A stretch of DNA of 62,917 nt, filler included, from Globobulimina sp. (taxonomy: Eukaryota): assembly GCA_003354225.1 (NCBI GenBank). It is 20 parts of 20 records of this genome, joined end to end, with 100 filler letters (N's around TTAATTAATTAA, not from the genome) between each part and the next. Parts side by side here need not be neighbours in the genome. Positions count along the whole stretch, not along the records: positions 25,220 to 28,270 come from PIVH01003877.1; positions 28,371 to 31,421 come from PIVH01003878.1; positions 31,522 to 34,571 come from PIVH01003879.1; positions 34,672 to 37,721 come from PIVH01003880.1; positions 37,822 to 40,871 come from PIVH01003881.1; 15 more parts are not named here. One strand, 5' to 3'. A program made the position numbers and the translations under genes. Every line of letters begins with the position of its first letter. Positions within the stretch are counted from its first letter, which is position 1. Under the pieces are notes generated by a model. That model searched no databases, was not told where the DNA came from, and saw nothing but the letters and a program-made list of their open reading frames with translations. Positions 25,220-38,222 of this stretch are shown piece after piece.

Positions 25220-27930
25220 ACGATATCTTTTTCTCGCCACAATAGGTCTTCCCATATTTATCCACATCCTCTTTACTCGGAATTGCTGCTTTGTTCTGCT
25301 GTGCAAACGGTTTCGTTGCGTCGACTCTCCTGCACAGCCATCTATATATCAATCGAATCGCACATGACTTAAAGTGCGCAAATGATTGCATTAATGCAGG
25401 ATGTGGCCGTTCCTTATATTCCTCGATAAAAACATCGCAAATAAAGCACCAAAAATATGGCAACTTGGTAGCAGTCTCATTTTCAAAATCATTATCAAAC
25501 GAATCGCTAAAAATAACATCAAACTTCTTGTCCTGTGCAATCTGATCAAAATAAACCAACATATTATTCTTTGATATTTTCAACATTTGTCGCATTTTAG
25601 CATATCGATGAGACGACGCGTTCCTACATAGCGATATTAGCGATGTTAAATCTTTGTAAATGGGATATTTATATAATAGGCCATGTGTTTTATTGTCGCG
25701 TGACAGGGCTACAAACACTTGGATGCATTTACCTAATTGACCTAAATACCGCTGACACTCTTTCTTGTTCCCTTCACTCTCTTTTTCTTCGTTATTATAC
25801 TCCTTAAATATCTTATTTATTCCATGTAAATACGTGCTTAATAAATGCATGTATTTGTCCGTGTGTTTGTTGTTTAAAAAGTGTTTGATCATTGCTTCTT
25901 TTATCTCCATTCTTTTTTCATTTTCTTTGTCATCGTTTTCTTTCTTTTCCATACCTCTGCCACCATCAAATAACAAACCTAATCCATCCAAACAGACAGA
26001 GATTGCATATTGTAATTGTTCATAATTCATCATTTCTTTCCTGTCGTCTTCATTCTGCGAGCCATCTTTTTTTTTCTAATGGTAGTCGGTATGTGATTAT
26101 TATAGTAAACGTGTAAAGTTGCCATGATGCGACATGTTGAAAACATTTTTGTTTTTTACTTAAGTATGCTACATTTTCAAACTTTGACAGTATTATAACA
26201 AACCTTAATGGCTTTTGACTCATTGTATGTCAACATTGAATGAAAAAAAACTTCGTACAAATACGGATCAGTCTGCTGCAATAACAATAACTGAAACTCT
26301 TTCACATTACATAAATACTGCAAACTCTCAAATAAGCACCGTATGGATTTTGCTTGTTGTTTATTTGGATTTGTCTTCTTTTGGAATTTTAAAAAATACG
26401 CCAACAATTTCTTGCCGTGCTTCTTGACCACATATTGCCGAATATCATCAATAGAACAAACAATGGCGACAAACCTCATCGAAATGCTTTGCAAATCTTT
26501 GGGCATTTCGCCAAAATATCCATACGTATATAACACAACAATGCCGATTAATTTCTGCAACTTTTTATTTTTCAATTCGTTGAAATTGACATCTTTCTCA
26601 CAGCAATACCCCAATAATAAAAAGGGCTTTTCTAACGAAGGTAGCTTCTCTTTCCACTTCTTAATGATTTTGAATTTCTGTCGCAAATATTTTAAACTTA
26701 ACTCGACGCCGTTATTATCGGCAAAGCGCACACAAAATTTCTTTTCTTTGGCTAAGAAAATCAATAATCGACGCAACAATTCCTCGCTGTGTCCAGTCTC
26801 GTAATGCCACTCTTGGTCAGTCGAGGTCGCTTCTTGCAAGAATTCCAAACTTAAATTAAAAACAGACTCAAAATCATTTAAATTGACATCTGCTGCGCAT
26901 TGTTTTTGTAGTTTCAAGCGTAATTTAACGCGTTTGTGTAATAATTTGCATTCAGATAACAATTTCTTGCAACTGCCGTCATTGGGTTTGATTTTAGAGG
27001 CAATCTCCAAGTCTGCTTTGCATGCTTCATATTGCTGTTTGCATTTAAATGCATTGGCGCGACGCAAATAGGCTTTGAAATTGATGTCAGAGTCTAATAA
27101 GTCGTCGTCTACTAATTTGATCATAGAGATCACATAATTGCAATGCGCAATGCATTGGTCGTATTGCTTCAATTTCATGTATGCCAATGCGCGATTGTTG
27201 TATGACGGTTTGTAGTCTGTGCGGGCACAAATGGACAAACCATAATGTTTGATGGCTGCAGCATAGTCGCCGGCTTTCAGCGCTTTATTGCCACGTTGTT
27301 TTTCCTTTGGTTTATTTGTGTTATTCGTGGAGTTATAATGTTATGTGAGTTGTTTTATAGTTGTACCTGTATGGCAATGTCCATTTGTTTCTGGCAGGTT
27401 TGATATTTTTCGTGTAGCTGCCAGGCCGTATCGGTCACCTCTTTCATAGATCGGGGTACATAGTTGGGATCATCTAAATATTCATCCAAATCCACTTTGC
27501 AAATCCACATTTGATGTTCTTTATATTTTAAACCTTTTTCATCATCAAATTCAGTCAATTTTAACTCTAATTCTTCAAATTGTGTTTTTAATGGATATTT
27601 TTTACGATATTTTTTAAACTTTTTTTTCCTGCTTTTCATGCTTTTTTCTTCTTCTTGTAATTCGTCGATGTGTTGTTGTAACATTTTTATTCGATCTTCA
27701 CGACTCCATAATTCATTTAATTGCTTGCATTTGGGGCATCGTTTCAATTTTTTCGGATCTTTCTCATCAATGAATGGGCGAAGCACTTCAACATTACATT
27801 TAATGCAATAAAATTCATATCTGCCTTGCCAGCCATTGCCTTCACGAAACATTTTAGAGTTTGGGTCTCCCATTCCCAGGGAGCGTTTGACATATTCTAT
27901 TTGAGATCCTAAATCTCCAAAACCTGCCAT
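25220..27930 (-). CDS. TPR + ARM-like helical protein (TTC12/UNC-45-like architecture), 3'-partial
   Basis: TPRs EKQRGNKALKAGDYAAAIKHY, NNRALAYMKL and KAYLRRA. Introns 27305-27366 and 26076-26203 join three ORFs in frame. Confidence 0.65.
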
Positions 27931-28690
27931 TGTGTCAAGTCAACACAAAAAAAGTTAAAGTACGCAAGCTCAAAAACTTAAGTTGTTAATCATTTGGTGG
28001 CACATTAATTATAAATACAATAAAAAAGCAACAGAAAATTAGAGAAAAAAGTAGTTGTACCACTGTGAATCGAATTTCTTGATTTGGAAATAGGACTGAA
28101 GCATGTTTTTTCAGTGAACAGTGTTTTTTTAACCTTATATCCTTGGTTCATCCTTCCTTCAGCTCATAAAAACGGGCGTAGCCCTCATTATTCTTTGAAT
28201 CAAATCTGGTATGTCATTATTCTGCACAATTAATCTCACAAACAATCGTTTGATATGGAAACAAAATATANNNNNNNNNNNNNNNNNNNNNNNNNNNNNN
28301 NNNNNNNNNNNNNNTTAATTAATTAANNNNNNNNNNNNNNNNNNNNNNNNNNNNNNNNNNNNNNNNNNNNGAGACAGTAGAGGCAATAGAGTGAGGACTA
28401 TTTATTAATCCACGCTGCTAGCAAGCAATCCTCTTAGACATAAGTAGACATGAAATGTAACGGTCTCGAAAATCACTTAGTTGGACATAGTCTAATCACA
28501 TCCGCTGGATGTCCATAAATATGACGGCATCGTTTGGGATGACCATTACCCACAGTCATAATATCTTGATACAACGAGAACGGCACTCTCTTCGCCAATA
28601 ACTGCTCTTTTTTGTATAATATCTTCACTGTGTATATTTTATATATATTAATTTGTGCAGTTTAAGTTTGTGAGCTTTCAGTTAGTTTTT

Positions 28691-29050
28691 TCAGATTGCA
28701 AACTGAAAGTACACAAACGTTATACAATAAATATAAAACATATATTTGGCATCATTTGGAAATGCGTCACATTTCAATCCATGATCGCGTAATCTTGAAA
28801 CTCTAATAGGTTCACAGGATCTAATATTATTATTATATGCCGGTAATGTATCATTAATTAATGTCAATTTATAATGTTTCCATATTGATTCTTTCAGTTT
28901 TTGTCCGCCATTTTTTTTTCTACCATTTTTCGACCGTATTATACCAAATAAACTCTTCTTATTTACCTTCATTTTAATACGGAGACGTAAAGAATTACCA
29001 GCATGATCTAAATTCTTCTTTTTCTTATTACGATTTGCATTTTTTGGCAT
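28691..29050 (-). CDS. Basic hypothetical protein (3' structure unresolved)
   Basis: Lys/Arg-rich ORF from ATG 29050; a possible further exon lies near 28475-28615. Confidence 0.25.
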   Translation of the reverse strand: MPKNANRNKKKKNLDHAGNSLRLRIKMKVNKKSLFGIIRSKNGRKKNGGQKLKESIWKHYKLTLINDTLPAYNNNIRSCEPIRVSRLRDHGLKCDAFPNDAKYMFYIYCITFVYFQFAI

Positions 29051-29409
29051 CTTCAACGATTTTCAAATTTGATTTACGGCTAAATGTGTGTGTTTGTTTA
29101 CTGGTTGTGTTTATGTTTAATAGTTAGCAAAGGTGAACGAAGAATGTTTTTGATTTTCTAGAGTACAGTTTTTTGTTTCTAATTTGTTTGCAAAATGTAA
29201 ACAACCCCTATCCGGAATGTATACAACAAAAATTAAACTTTTATGTGTTTACATCGTTTTCATTTTGAATATAAAAGTAGAAACTTTTGCCTTTCAATGT
29301 TTTTTAGTTTCGAGGTTTCTGGGACCGGACAAAAAAAGATTTAATTAAGTTGTTGAGTAAGTTTTTTAAACTTTTGCATGGGTTTTTAATTCTAGTGTAG
29401 ACAGACATA

Positions 29410-31062
29410 ATGAAATCCGTCATCCGATCGATGTATGATATGCATACACATAGCATATATTATATATATATATATAATAACGACACATGTTCCTCTTCCA
29501 CAATACATAGTAAGAATGAGATAAATAATTACGACGAAGGAGAGAGATTAGTTCGCGAACTAACGTCCAATGAACGATCGCCGCCCTCCACGCAAATGTT
29601 AATCAAATTAAAAATAATGCTAACCGATCAATACCAGTTCCCAACCGTTGTCCGCATGTTATTCAAACGCTTAAAAGATTATAACAACATTCGGCATGTC
29701 GAAAAAGGCTTAATTTGTATCGAGTATTTAATCAAAAACGCAGACCGCAAATTCGTACGATATTGTCAAAGGGACAAAGGCTCCATCTCCAAATTAACGC
29801 GTTATAGATATATTTTGGGCAACAACGACGGCGTTCCCGTCGATTATGGCGGCAATATACGTAAACGCGCCAAGCGCATCGCCGACTTACTGTCCTCTGA
29901 GGAGAAACTACGTGGTTCGAGGGCCAAAGCACAAGGATATTCCATGCAATTCAAGAACAAGAACAAGAACAAAAAACAGAACAAATCGCAGAACAATGGC
30001 AATAGAAAAACCCCCACAAAAAGCAAATCCATGCCGGAGCCCTCCAGCTCATCACCAAAATCACCAAAAAAAAAGTATGTATATAACCACGGCCACGGCC
30101 ACGCAAATTCGCACCACTTTACACAGGAAAGCAAAGAAAAAAAAGGCGAAAAAGAAAGAAACGATTCAAGCAGAGGCACAGCCGCAATATGAGTCATTTA
30201 TAGATATGCCACCACCACAAAACACCGCGCCGTTAACCACTGCAAAAGCAGCGAGTCATAACACAGACGATTTATTATCAGGCAATTGGTGGCAGGATGA
30301 GGACACAAAAACGAATACACAAATGAACGCCAGTGGCGGTGGAGGAGGCGATGATGAATTTTCATGGTTTAAGGCCGACCAGAACGGCGATATAGATTTC
30401 AATCAAAGCGGAGTAGGCGACGATGGCGGCGCCTTTGGCTTTGGTCACGACGACGAGTTCAATGACGAAGTGAAGGAGGAAGTTGGCGCGGATCAATGGA
30501 TGACGTCCATGACGCAAATGGACAATGTGTTGGATGGCTCGATCCAGAAAAAAGACCCCAATAAGAAAAAGCAGGGCGTTTCTATGGCGCAAATGGCGAA
30601 AAGTAACCCGGTTAAGCGAGCCATACCAAATGCGTTTGGTACGGATGACTTTTTCAATCAGAATGCCAATGCCAATGCAAATGCCAATTCTGGCAAAGGG
30701 AATGACGGTGATTTCGATCCGTTCGGATTGGGCAATCAAAATGGTTCTACTTCAGCAGGTACTGTAACTGTGTGGTTTGTATGTGTGTTGTATCGCATTT
30801 TCGCAAACGTGGATATATAGCGGTCAATATAACGAGTTTGTATTCGAGCGGGAACAGTAAAAAGGATGTTTTTGGAGGGAGTGGGAATAGTAATGATGAT
30901 GGCTTTGGATACCATGCGAAAGTGAATGCGAATCCATACAGTAACGATCCATTTGCAGGGATTGGAGGTAGCGGAGGGAGTGTCGCTGGACCAACGCCTG
31001 CAAAATATGTGCCAAGAAAGAAGCAAAGTGATCCATTTGCGCAGTTTGGATCGATGAAATAG
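29410..31062 (+). CDS. Epsin-like ENTH-domain protein (4 exons)
   Basis: Spliced N-terminus MKSVIRSIKNEINNYDEGERLVRELTSNE...HVEKGLICIEYL...DYGGNIRKRAKRI with DPF motifs in the tail. Introns 29433-29510, 30075-30126 and 30759-30820. Confidence 0.85.
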
Positions 31063-31218
31063 CGGAGTTTTATCATGTGTCATACTTTTTTTTGTTTTGT
31101 TTTTGTGTAAAGTTACTTAGAATTTTTTTGTAACTCACCTACCTTTTTCTATTGCCCTCAGATTACAAAACTACGCGTCTGGCGCAAACAAGTAAGGTAA
31201 TAAAATAGACTGTGCATC

Positions 31219-31421
31219 ATGGCATTTGCTAACAACTGGCGAGAGACTGTGAATCCGATTCCTTTTCCTCAATTCAGAAAGCTTAAAATACAACGACCAG
31301 CAGCAAATGTGCTAGAAGTGGTATTGAACGATGCAAAAGGACGGAATCGATGGAATGATGTTTTATTTAATGAGTTTATTGAATGTTTCAGAATTATTCC
31401 GTCTCACAATGATATATATTG
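31219..31421 (+). CDS. Enoyl-CoA hydratase/isomerase (ECH1-like) N-terminal fragment
   Basis: FRKLKIQRPAANVLEVVLN..KGRNRWN..LFNEFIECF, a crotonase-fold N-terminus. Confidence 0.55.
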
Positions 31422-31521
31422 NNNNNNNNNNNNNNNNNNNNNNNNNNNNNNNNNNNNNNNNNNNNTTAATTAATTAANNNNNNNNNNNNNNNNNNNNNNN
31501 NNNNNNNNNNNNNNNNNNNNN

Positions 31522-32201
31522 AATTGTTCACTTAATTCATTTTGTAATTCTTTGATTTGTTGACTTAATTTTTTATTATTTTGGCGTGAAACATTTAATT
31601 GTTTGCTTAAGCCATCATTTTCTTGCTTCATTTCATCAATTTCTTTTTGTAATTTTTTTATTGTCATATTTTTACAAAATAAGGGATTAAATGTTGTAAC
31701 GCATTTTGATAAATGTTTTGTGATCAAATCATTCAAAGAGCCACCATTCCAATCACAACCTGCGGAAAACCCTTCTTTTTCATCACAAACTGTATCAACT
31801 ATTTGTCCGTCATTATTATTATTATTATTATTATATTTCTTTTGTTGCTATTGCATTGAATGTGGACACAATACCATCGATTTTAATATTTGTCGACGAG
31901 AATGGCGACTCGCAATAATAATTGGATTCTGATGTGAATTGATTGGACATTTTCCATTATTTTCCTGTATCATTTGATTTAAACATTGCTTGCAATATAA
32001 ACATATTTCTTCATCATTATGGTTGCAGCCTAATTCCACCGCATCACAACAAACTGAGCCACAATCATCACATAAATACGCTTGTGTTGTTATCTCATCT
32101 TCAAATAATTTACTATTCCATCCTTTATTATTGACCTTTATCAATGAAAGTACTGCATCCATGTGACTAGAATTCGAAGCAGGAACGTTAAAATGCGACA
32201 T
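31522..32201 (-). pseudogene. RING/TRAF-type zinc-finger + coiled-coil protein with one in-frame TAG
   Basis: LCDDCGSVCCDAVELGC...CKQCL...CPI..H; the same frame continues past TAG 31848-31850 into GCDWNGGSLNDLITKHLSKC and a coiled coil. Confidence 0.55.
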
Positions 32202-32317
32202 GGTCACCACTCAAAAACATTAAACAAAGAAGCTCGCACTGCAGACTGGCAACCAATCACAAACAATTTTAATATTTTTAAACAATACATTTCAACAATA
32301 AATTTCCAGTCGATCTG

Positions 32318-34520
32318 TCATGGTTTTTGCAGCATTTTCCATTGCTTTGCCCTTTGCAACAATGAATTCAATGAATCCTTTTCTTTCAAATCATCGACAA
32401 AGCGATAATCATAATATTCCTCGTAACCCGCTTCATTGCCATCCGCTGTCGTGATGGCTCTCCGCTTCTTAATCTTATGCGGCTGCTTCTCATTAATCTG
32501 CGTTTGCTGCTTTTCATTGCCCCAAACTGCCTCGAACTGCATCCAGGCCTCCAACAGCATGACACGACTCTCCTTCCACTCCATTCCATTGCCACTCCCA
32601 TCGCCATTGCCGCTCTCTTTCTTCATCTCATTCTTCAAATATCCATCGCATTCAACAAATATCTTTCTGGCATTCACCGGCTCATTGATCTGCGCCTCAA
32701 ACTGGGCGTAATTTATCCAGACGCGGACATGTTTGGTTTTGCGCAGCAACCTCACGAACAATTTCCTCACATTGCCATAGTTTGCCCGTTTCAGCTCAAA
32801 ATCGATGTAATTGCTCCAAAGCTGCGAGGGTTGGTCCAATATCTCCTCATTTACTGCCAATTCGTAGATTGCTTTGGCTCTCTCATATTCGTCCAACTTA
32901 TTCTCCAGCAAAGCATAGTCATTCCACGACGACGAGTCCGACGGCAATATTTCCAACAACTTCTCATAGATTTTCCTGCAGCGATTAAATTCGCCCAACG
33001 CATATTCCATAGAGATGTACGCCGAAAATATGTTCTTTTTGCCTTTGCATTTCCCGATGGCCTCTCCGAAGATCGACCGACATTCATCCAAATTGCCGCA
33101 ACGCAGTTCAAACTCAGCGAACATTATCCAGATTTTACCAAACGTAAAGTTTGAATGTGGGATAACTTTCAAACACAAGGCATAAATCACCCGCGCTCTC
33201 TCCAGGTTTTTCGCCATTAACTCCTCAAAAATCGCATATTTTATCCACAAATAAATGTACCTTTTCCAGTACCGTTTGTCCGAAATAATCGGCGGAGTTT
33301 GGGCGATGGCTCGCTCGTAAATCTCCCGAATTTGATTGAAATGCCCAGAATCCAACGCATTCTCTTCCAATCGGATATAATCGAACCACAAATCATAATT
33401 CTTGGCATTATCAACCAATTCCTGCTCATATTCCATGCGCTTCTTTTGCAGAATCACCATATCGATGCTCTCTTTGTTGCCGTAGCGTTTCTCGAATAGC
33501 ATATATTCATTATACAGTGCGTACGCTTTGTATTTGGCGATGTGGTCCAAGGAATATTTATAAATAATGCGGGCCCGCTCATACTCTTTGCAGTGGATCT
33601 CGAAGTTGGCGAAGGAGCTATAAAATAAAGTGGATAACTCATCGGAATCCAGCTCATTTATGCCCCGTTCATAGATCTTTCGAGCAAACACCGCCGAACC
33701 ACTATGTTTGTACTCCCATTCTGCGTATTTAATGTACACTTTTTCGTCGTTTGTGGCGTTTTTGGATAAGTATCGGTCATAAATTAGTCGACAACGATGC
33801 AATTTATCCGATTTGCTGCCAATGGATCGTTCTTCCAAAGCAATATAAGCCATCCATGCCTTGGACGGAGGGTTCCATTTCATCCATCGTTCAAATATTC
33901 GGCGCGCTCCTTCAAAATTCCGCAGTTTCTCCTCCATCAAAGCGTACTTAAACCATAGCTGATCGATGCGGGGCAATAAAGCGACTGCGCGGTCCCAGAC
34001 ATTGCGTGCTCGATTTACAAACCTGTTCCGCATCTCCATCTCGCTGTACTTGAGCCAGATCGAATGGTTTCGATAATCGATATCTATGATACGCTCAAAG
34101 ATTGACCGAGCGCGTTCGTATTCTTTTTGTGATTCTTCCCATGCCGCGTATTTTAGCCATACTCCGATGCTCTATGTGGTGTTTTTGTGTGTTTTGTGTG
34201 TTTGCAATTGAATTGGTGCGAGGACAGTGTTTTCGAAATTAAATGCATACCATCCGATTACGACGCAGAGTGTTCTCAAACTTCTTCCTTTTGCGTAGTT
34301 TATACAGTCGCAGCTCATCCGGGTCGGTAATTTGTTGGCGAGGCGGCGCCGCCTCTTTTTCAAATTGCATCTCATGCGCTTCTCGCAGGATTTGTTCGGC
34401 TGTGATTTGTTGTGGTGCGGGGGCTTTGTTTTGTACTTCCTTGGCTCTTCGTGGCAGACGCTTTTCGCGCAGACCACCACATACTGTTGATGTATGGTTG
34501 AAACCACAAAAATGAACCAT
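32318..34520 (-). CDS. CRNKL1: Crooked neck-like pre-mRNA splicing factor (HAT repeats)
   Basis: VQNKAPAPQQITAEQILREA, RARNVWDRAVALLPRIDQLWFKY, WKRYIYLWIKYAIFEEL, GYEEYYDYRF. Intron 34172-34250. Confidence 0.95.
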
Positions 34521-34671
34521 GATGATCGCACTGGTGCTTTGAGAACTTGATGTTTTGAACTAAGTTTTGAGNNNNNNNNNNNNNNNNNNNNNNNNNNNNN
34601 NNNNNNNNNNNNNNNTTAATTAATTAANNNNNNNNNNNNNNNNNNNNNNNNNNNNNNNNNNNNNNNNNNNN

Positions 34672-35117
34672 ATGAGTGATTGGAAACATATCATAAATGA
34701 AAAAATATAAATTTTATGTGTTTTTCTTGGTTTATAATTCCGTTTATGGATACAATACAATATCACACCGTAAACAAATGATGAAAGGGACAATGATATC
34801 AACGCTGTCATATTACAACAAAACCATACTTTGCCGGTTCGTCTTGGATTATCTAAATAAGTCCATTTACCTACCTCACCAATGTCAGTGCAATCCGGCA
34901 ATCCGTAGAAAGTATCAGTGCAATCTGTATAAAATTCATCCCAACCGCATGTAAAATAGTGAGATACAGTGTCTTCACGGAGGTAATGAATGCTTAATTC
35001 ATTCATCCCAACAGCAATGAAAATTGACAATGATACTAATATTGAAAATATAAAATCGAATGCAACACATTCACGTTTGGTGAGTGGTGGTTGAAATGCA
35101 CCTTCAGCTTCTGCCAT
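34672..35117 (-). CDS. Membrane protein, 3'-partial
   Basis: TM, Cys-containing loop, further TM segments. Confidence 0.45.
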
Positions 35118-35230
35118 TCCTTTTATAACTCAAGCCAGCTATGAATATGGAACGTGTTCGAGACTTTTATTATATTTATAACTCTCTTGAGCATGCAGAC
35201 AATCGTTTGTTTTACGTTAATATGTTTGTT

Positions 35231-36550
35231 TCATTGATTATATGGTTTATGAAATATGTCATGCACACAATGCAGATCAAAGCAAGCAAACAACCAACAG
35301 CAAGCCATAAATCTGTGTGTGTCAAAGTTTTTATGTTTGTGATTGCCAGCTATGAATATGGCCAAATTGAAGGAGAGATACCAACAATACATGCCACAAA
35401 GTCGGAAGAGACACATCCAAATTGCATACACATATTCCGAGCCATAAAATATATTCACTCCCACTTCGCAAATGTAAATAGCTGTAAACAGAAAGGAGAT
35501 AAATATCCAATGTAATGACAAATATTTCTGAATTCCGGCCAAAGGCTTGAGTTTAAGGCATATAATACACGCAAAGCAAATGGCGCCCACAATTCCAGAA
35601 TTTACAAACATTGTCAATTCGATTGCTTTATTAAATGTGATATTGTCCATAATTATGGAATGGAAAAAGATGGCGGCACAATAAGACAAAGCACCGACAG
35701 TCAAACAGCAAAATAATGTGTAGCCACTGGATATTTTTAGAAAAGTATGCAATGCCAAATACCACAACAAAATGATAAATGGGATCCAAATCCACATTAC
35801 AATTCGGATACTTTGCATTATCAAAAATATTGCATAGATCATACAATATAATGGTTTGCATAAATACATCCATAGAACATCTGTCATTGTTTGGTTTGAT
35901 AAATCTGTGACATATATCACATTGCACCATTTCTCAAATTCAATAAACATTTCCCAGCCATTATGCTCGCAAAACATGTAAATATCTGTTGGATTATTGA
36001 CAAACATAAACTCTTTCAACAAAGCCAACTGTTCAACATTCCGTAGATCACAAAGAATAAAACAAAGAGTGAGCAAAGCGCCGATGAGTTGGATGGATGA
36101 CGCAATCAACAAAATAATACCGCACCAATACAACAAATAAAAATGCATTGAATCATGCAATATGGCTTTGTATATTTGACTTAATACTAATGCATTAATA
36201 CACAGTTGAACCCATCCTATCAGCCACGGCAATGCGTGGATTGTATTAATGGCTCTGTACATACACAACACAAACATGTTACAGCTCGCAGTTGCGTCAT
36301 ATTCATATTCTAGTATTATCTTCCAAATTTCTGCCGGAATCTCGTTAAAATATGGTGCAAACAATTCCAGTCTTTGCTTTTCATAAATTGAGGTGTAATG
36401 TGTCCATATTTGTGTGATATTCGTTGTTTCATTTTGTAGCAATGGTCGATGACTTGTGGACACAGATAATGTTGGATTATAATTACAACGTTTTGGTACA
36501 AATTCTAATGCTTTTGGCTTTATATACACAGCAAAAGTTATAGCTCCCAT
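35231..36550 (-). CDS. Multi-pass membrane protein
   Basis: 439-aa ORF with many hydrophobic segments. Confidence 0.55.
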   Translation of the reverse strand: MGAITFAVYIKPKALEFVPKRCNYNPTLSVSTSHRPLLQNETTNITQIWTHYTSIYEKQRLELFAPYFNEIPAEIWKIILEYEYDATASCNMFVLCMYRAINTIHALPWLIGWVQLCINALVLSQIYKAILHDSMHFYLLYWCGIILLIASSIQLIGALLTLCFILCDLRNVEQLALLKEFMFVNNPTDIYMFCEHNGWEMFIEFEKWCNVIYVTDLSNQTMTDVLWMYLCKPLYCMIYAIFLIMQSIRIVMWIWIPFIILLWYLALHTFLKISSGYTLFCCLTVGALSYCAAIFFHSIIMDNITFNKAIELTMFVNSGIVGAICFACIICLKLKPLAGIQKYLSLHWIFISFLFTAIYICEVGVNIFYGSEYVYAIWMCLFRLCGMYCWYLSFNLAIFIAGNHKHKNFDTHRFMACCWLFACFDLHCVHDIFHKPYNQ

Positions 36551-36647
36551 GCTTTATGTTGCTACTGTTGCTAGTTTTGTTTTCGTTTGCTAGTACAGTA
36601 TGGTGGGAATGAAACCATACATTATAATAACAAAAATAACAAAATAA

Positions 36648-37721
36648 TTAATGTTTCAATGCAACAAAGTTCTCCAACAAAAAATACCATTTTTGTGACA
36701 ATGTGCCAGAGATAATGGCTATGCAACAAGTCAGTTTCCATTGATGACGAATGTAAATCGCAACAAACGGAGTAAATATATTCATTTGATGTTTAAAGCT
36801 ATACCATACGAAATATACTAAAAATAGAGCAATATCAACAGCACACAATATGCAAATATAAAGAATTGATTGCAGCGAATTTATTCTATATACATCTTCC
36901 CAATAATCGAGTTGTGATTTTACTACCAATGACCAAAAAATTGTATTCACGCAGCACGCAATAAATTGTACATTGATATCTGCGCTTATCCTCAATCTCC
37001 ATTCCTTTTCCTCTGATAAATCACTTGTAATACAAACGGAACATTTATTGTTAAATTTATCCCGTTGGATATCAAAAGTGCACGACCAGTACCAATGCGA
37101 TGCACGAACCATATTATCCAATATATTAAACACAAAATGTATCATTATTGTACTCACAAAATAAAGTGAATCAATATTTTGCGCCACAAACAAATATCTA
37201 TAAGTATCGTAATACAAATAAACGCAGAAATATTCAGTAAAATATTCAAATGAGATTTGGTCCCTAAATGGTATAGATTTCACCCCGTCAGAAGTGGCAA
37301 TCGCATTATATCCAAACACATGTTCTTCGTCAACAAAATTCAGGCGCAGCGCGTCGATTTTCCTGGCAACATATTTCATGATTTGTTTTTGCATAAAAAT
37401 AATACACCGAACAAGCACATAAATGTGAATGAAATAATTTTGAATGTTCTTCTGCTGAATCTGCGCCACTAAATATTGCGTTATTAAACAGCATAAAATA
37501 CCAAACACATAACTTAAAGCATACACATATAATTTGAACGTATTCAATTGATCCTGACATGGCGGGATCAGCAACCAATACAATTTCCGCACAGAAAATA
37601 TCGATTTTAAACAATAACAACATGAGATCCTATTTGGTTTTAGACTCGTTCTGATTGTGTTTGGTAAAGAGTTTCTATTTTCTGACCGCTCCTTCCTATC
37701 AATCACAATATGTCCGGCATT
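36648..37721 (-). CDS. Multi-pass membrane protein, probably 5'-partial
   Basis: 352-aa hydrophobic ORF reaching close to the contig edge. Confidence 0.5.
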   Translation of the reverse strand, partial: NAGHIVIDRKERSENRNSLPNTIRTSLKPNRISCCYCLKSIFSVRKLYWLLIPPCQDQLNTFKLYVYALSYVFGILCCLITQYLVAQIQQKNIQNYFIHIYVLVRCIIFMQKQIMKYVARKIDALRLNFVDEEHVFGYNAIATSDGVKSIPFRDQISFEYFTEYFCVYLYYDTYRYLFVAQNIDSLYFVSTIMIHFVFNILDNMVRASHWYWSCTFDIQRDKFNNKCSVCITSDLSEEKEWRLRISADINVQFIACCVNTIFWSLVVKSQLDYWEDVYRINSLQSILYICILCAVDIALFLVYFVWYSFKHQMNIFTPFVAIYIRHQWKLTCCIAIISGTLSQKWYFLLENFVALKH

Positions 37722-37887
37722 NNNNNNNNNNNNNNNNNNNNNNNNNNNNNNNNNNNNNNNNNNNNTTAATTAATTAANNNNNNNNNNNNNNNNNNNNNNN
37801 NNNNNNNNNNNNNNNNNNNNNAATTTAATTGTAAAAAGTATAAAGTAGTTTATAGTACGAATTAGTTGAGTCTATTGTTTGTTTGAT

Positions 37888-37929
37888 CACTGAGCTTTCG
37901 GCTAACGTAAAGTAGCCATTGTCAAAGTG
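37888..37929 (-). ncRNA. Minimal type I hammerhead ribozyme (Penelope-type)
   Basis: Minus strand reads CACU-UUGACAA-U-GGCUA-CUUUACGU-UAGCC-GAAA-GCUC-AGUG. This gives stem I CACU/AGUG, core UUGACAA (U3-A8 variant of CUGANGA), stem II GGCUA/UAGCC, GAAA and a palindromic AGCU stem III. Confidence 0.8.
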
Positions 37930-38222
37930 TTTTAATTGAAGTTTTAAATAACAATCAATCACAAAAAAACTTACAACACTCATACTAAACATTTGCACCA
38001 AAACACACGTGAAATAATAAGTATATCACACACATATGAATCAAAAACACAAAACATGATTCTTAAATAAATAAATTGTAAACAAAAAATAAATAAAGTA
38101 ACCAATCAATAAAAGTGTGTTTGTAAAATCACACAAAACAAAAATAAAATTACAGTTTAAAACAACTATAGAGACAATGTATGAATTACAAATACCATAG
38201 ATCTTCGACACTAAAACTTCAA

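Noticed and set aside
29846-30192. Overlapping ORFs suggesting programmed frameshifting in epsin (also DCAF and PGAP1)
   Set aside because: Each overlap is resolved by a short GT-AG intron.
31848-31850. Alternative genetic code with TAG as glutamine
   Set aside because: Only one instance; TAA, TAG and TGA all end conserved genes at the expected positions.
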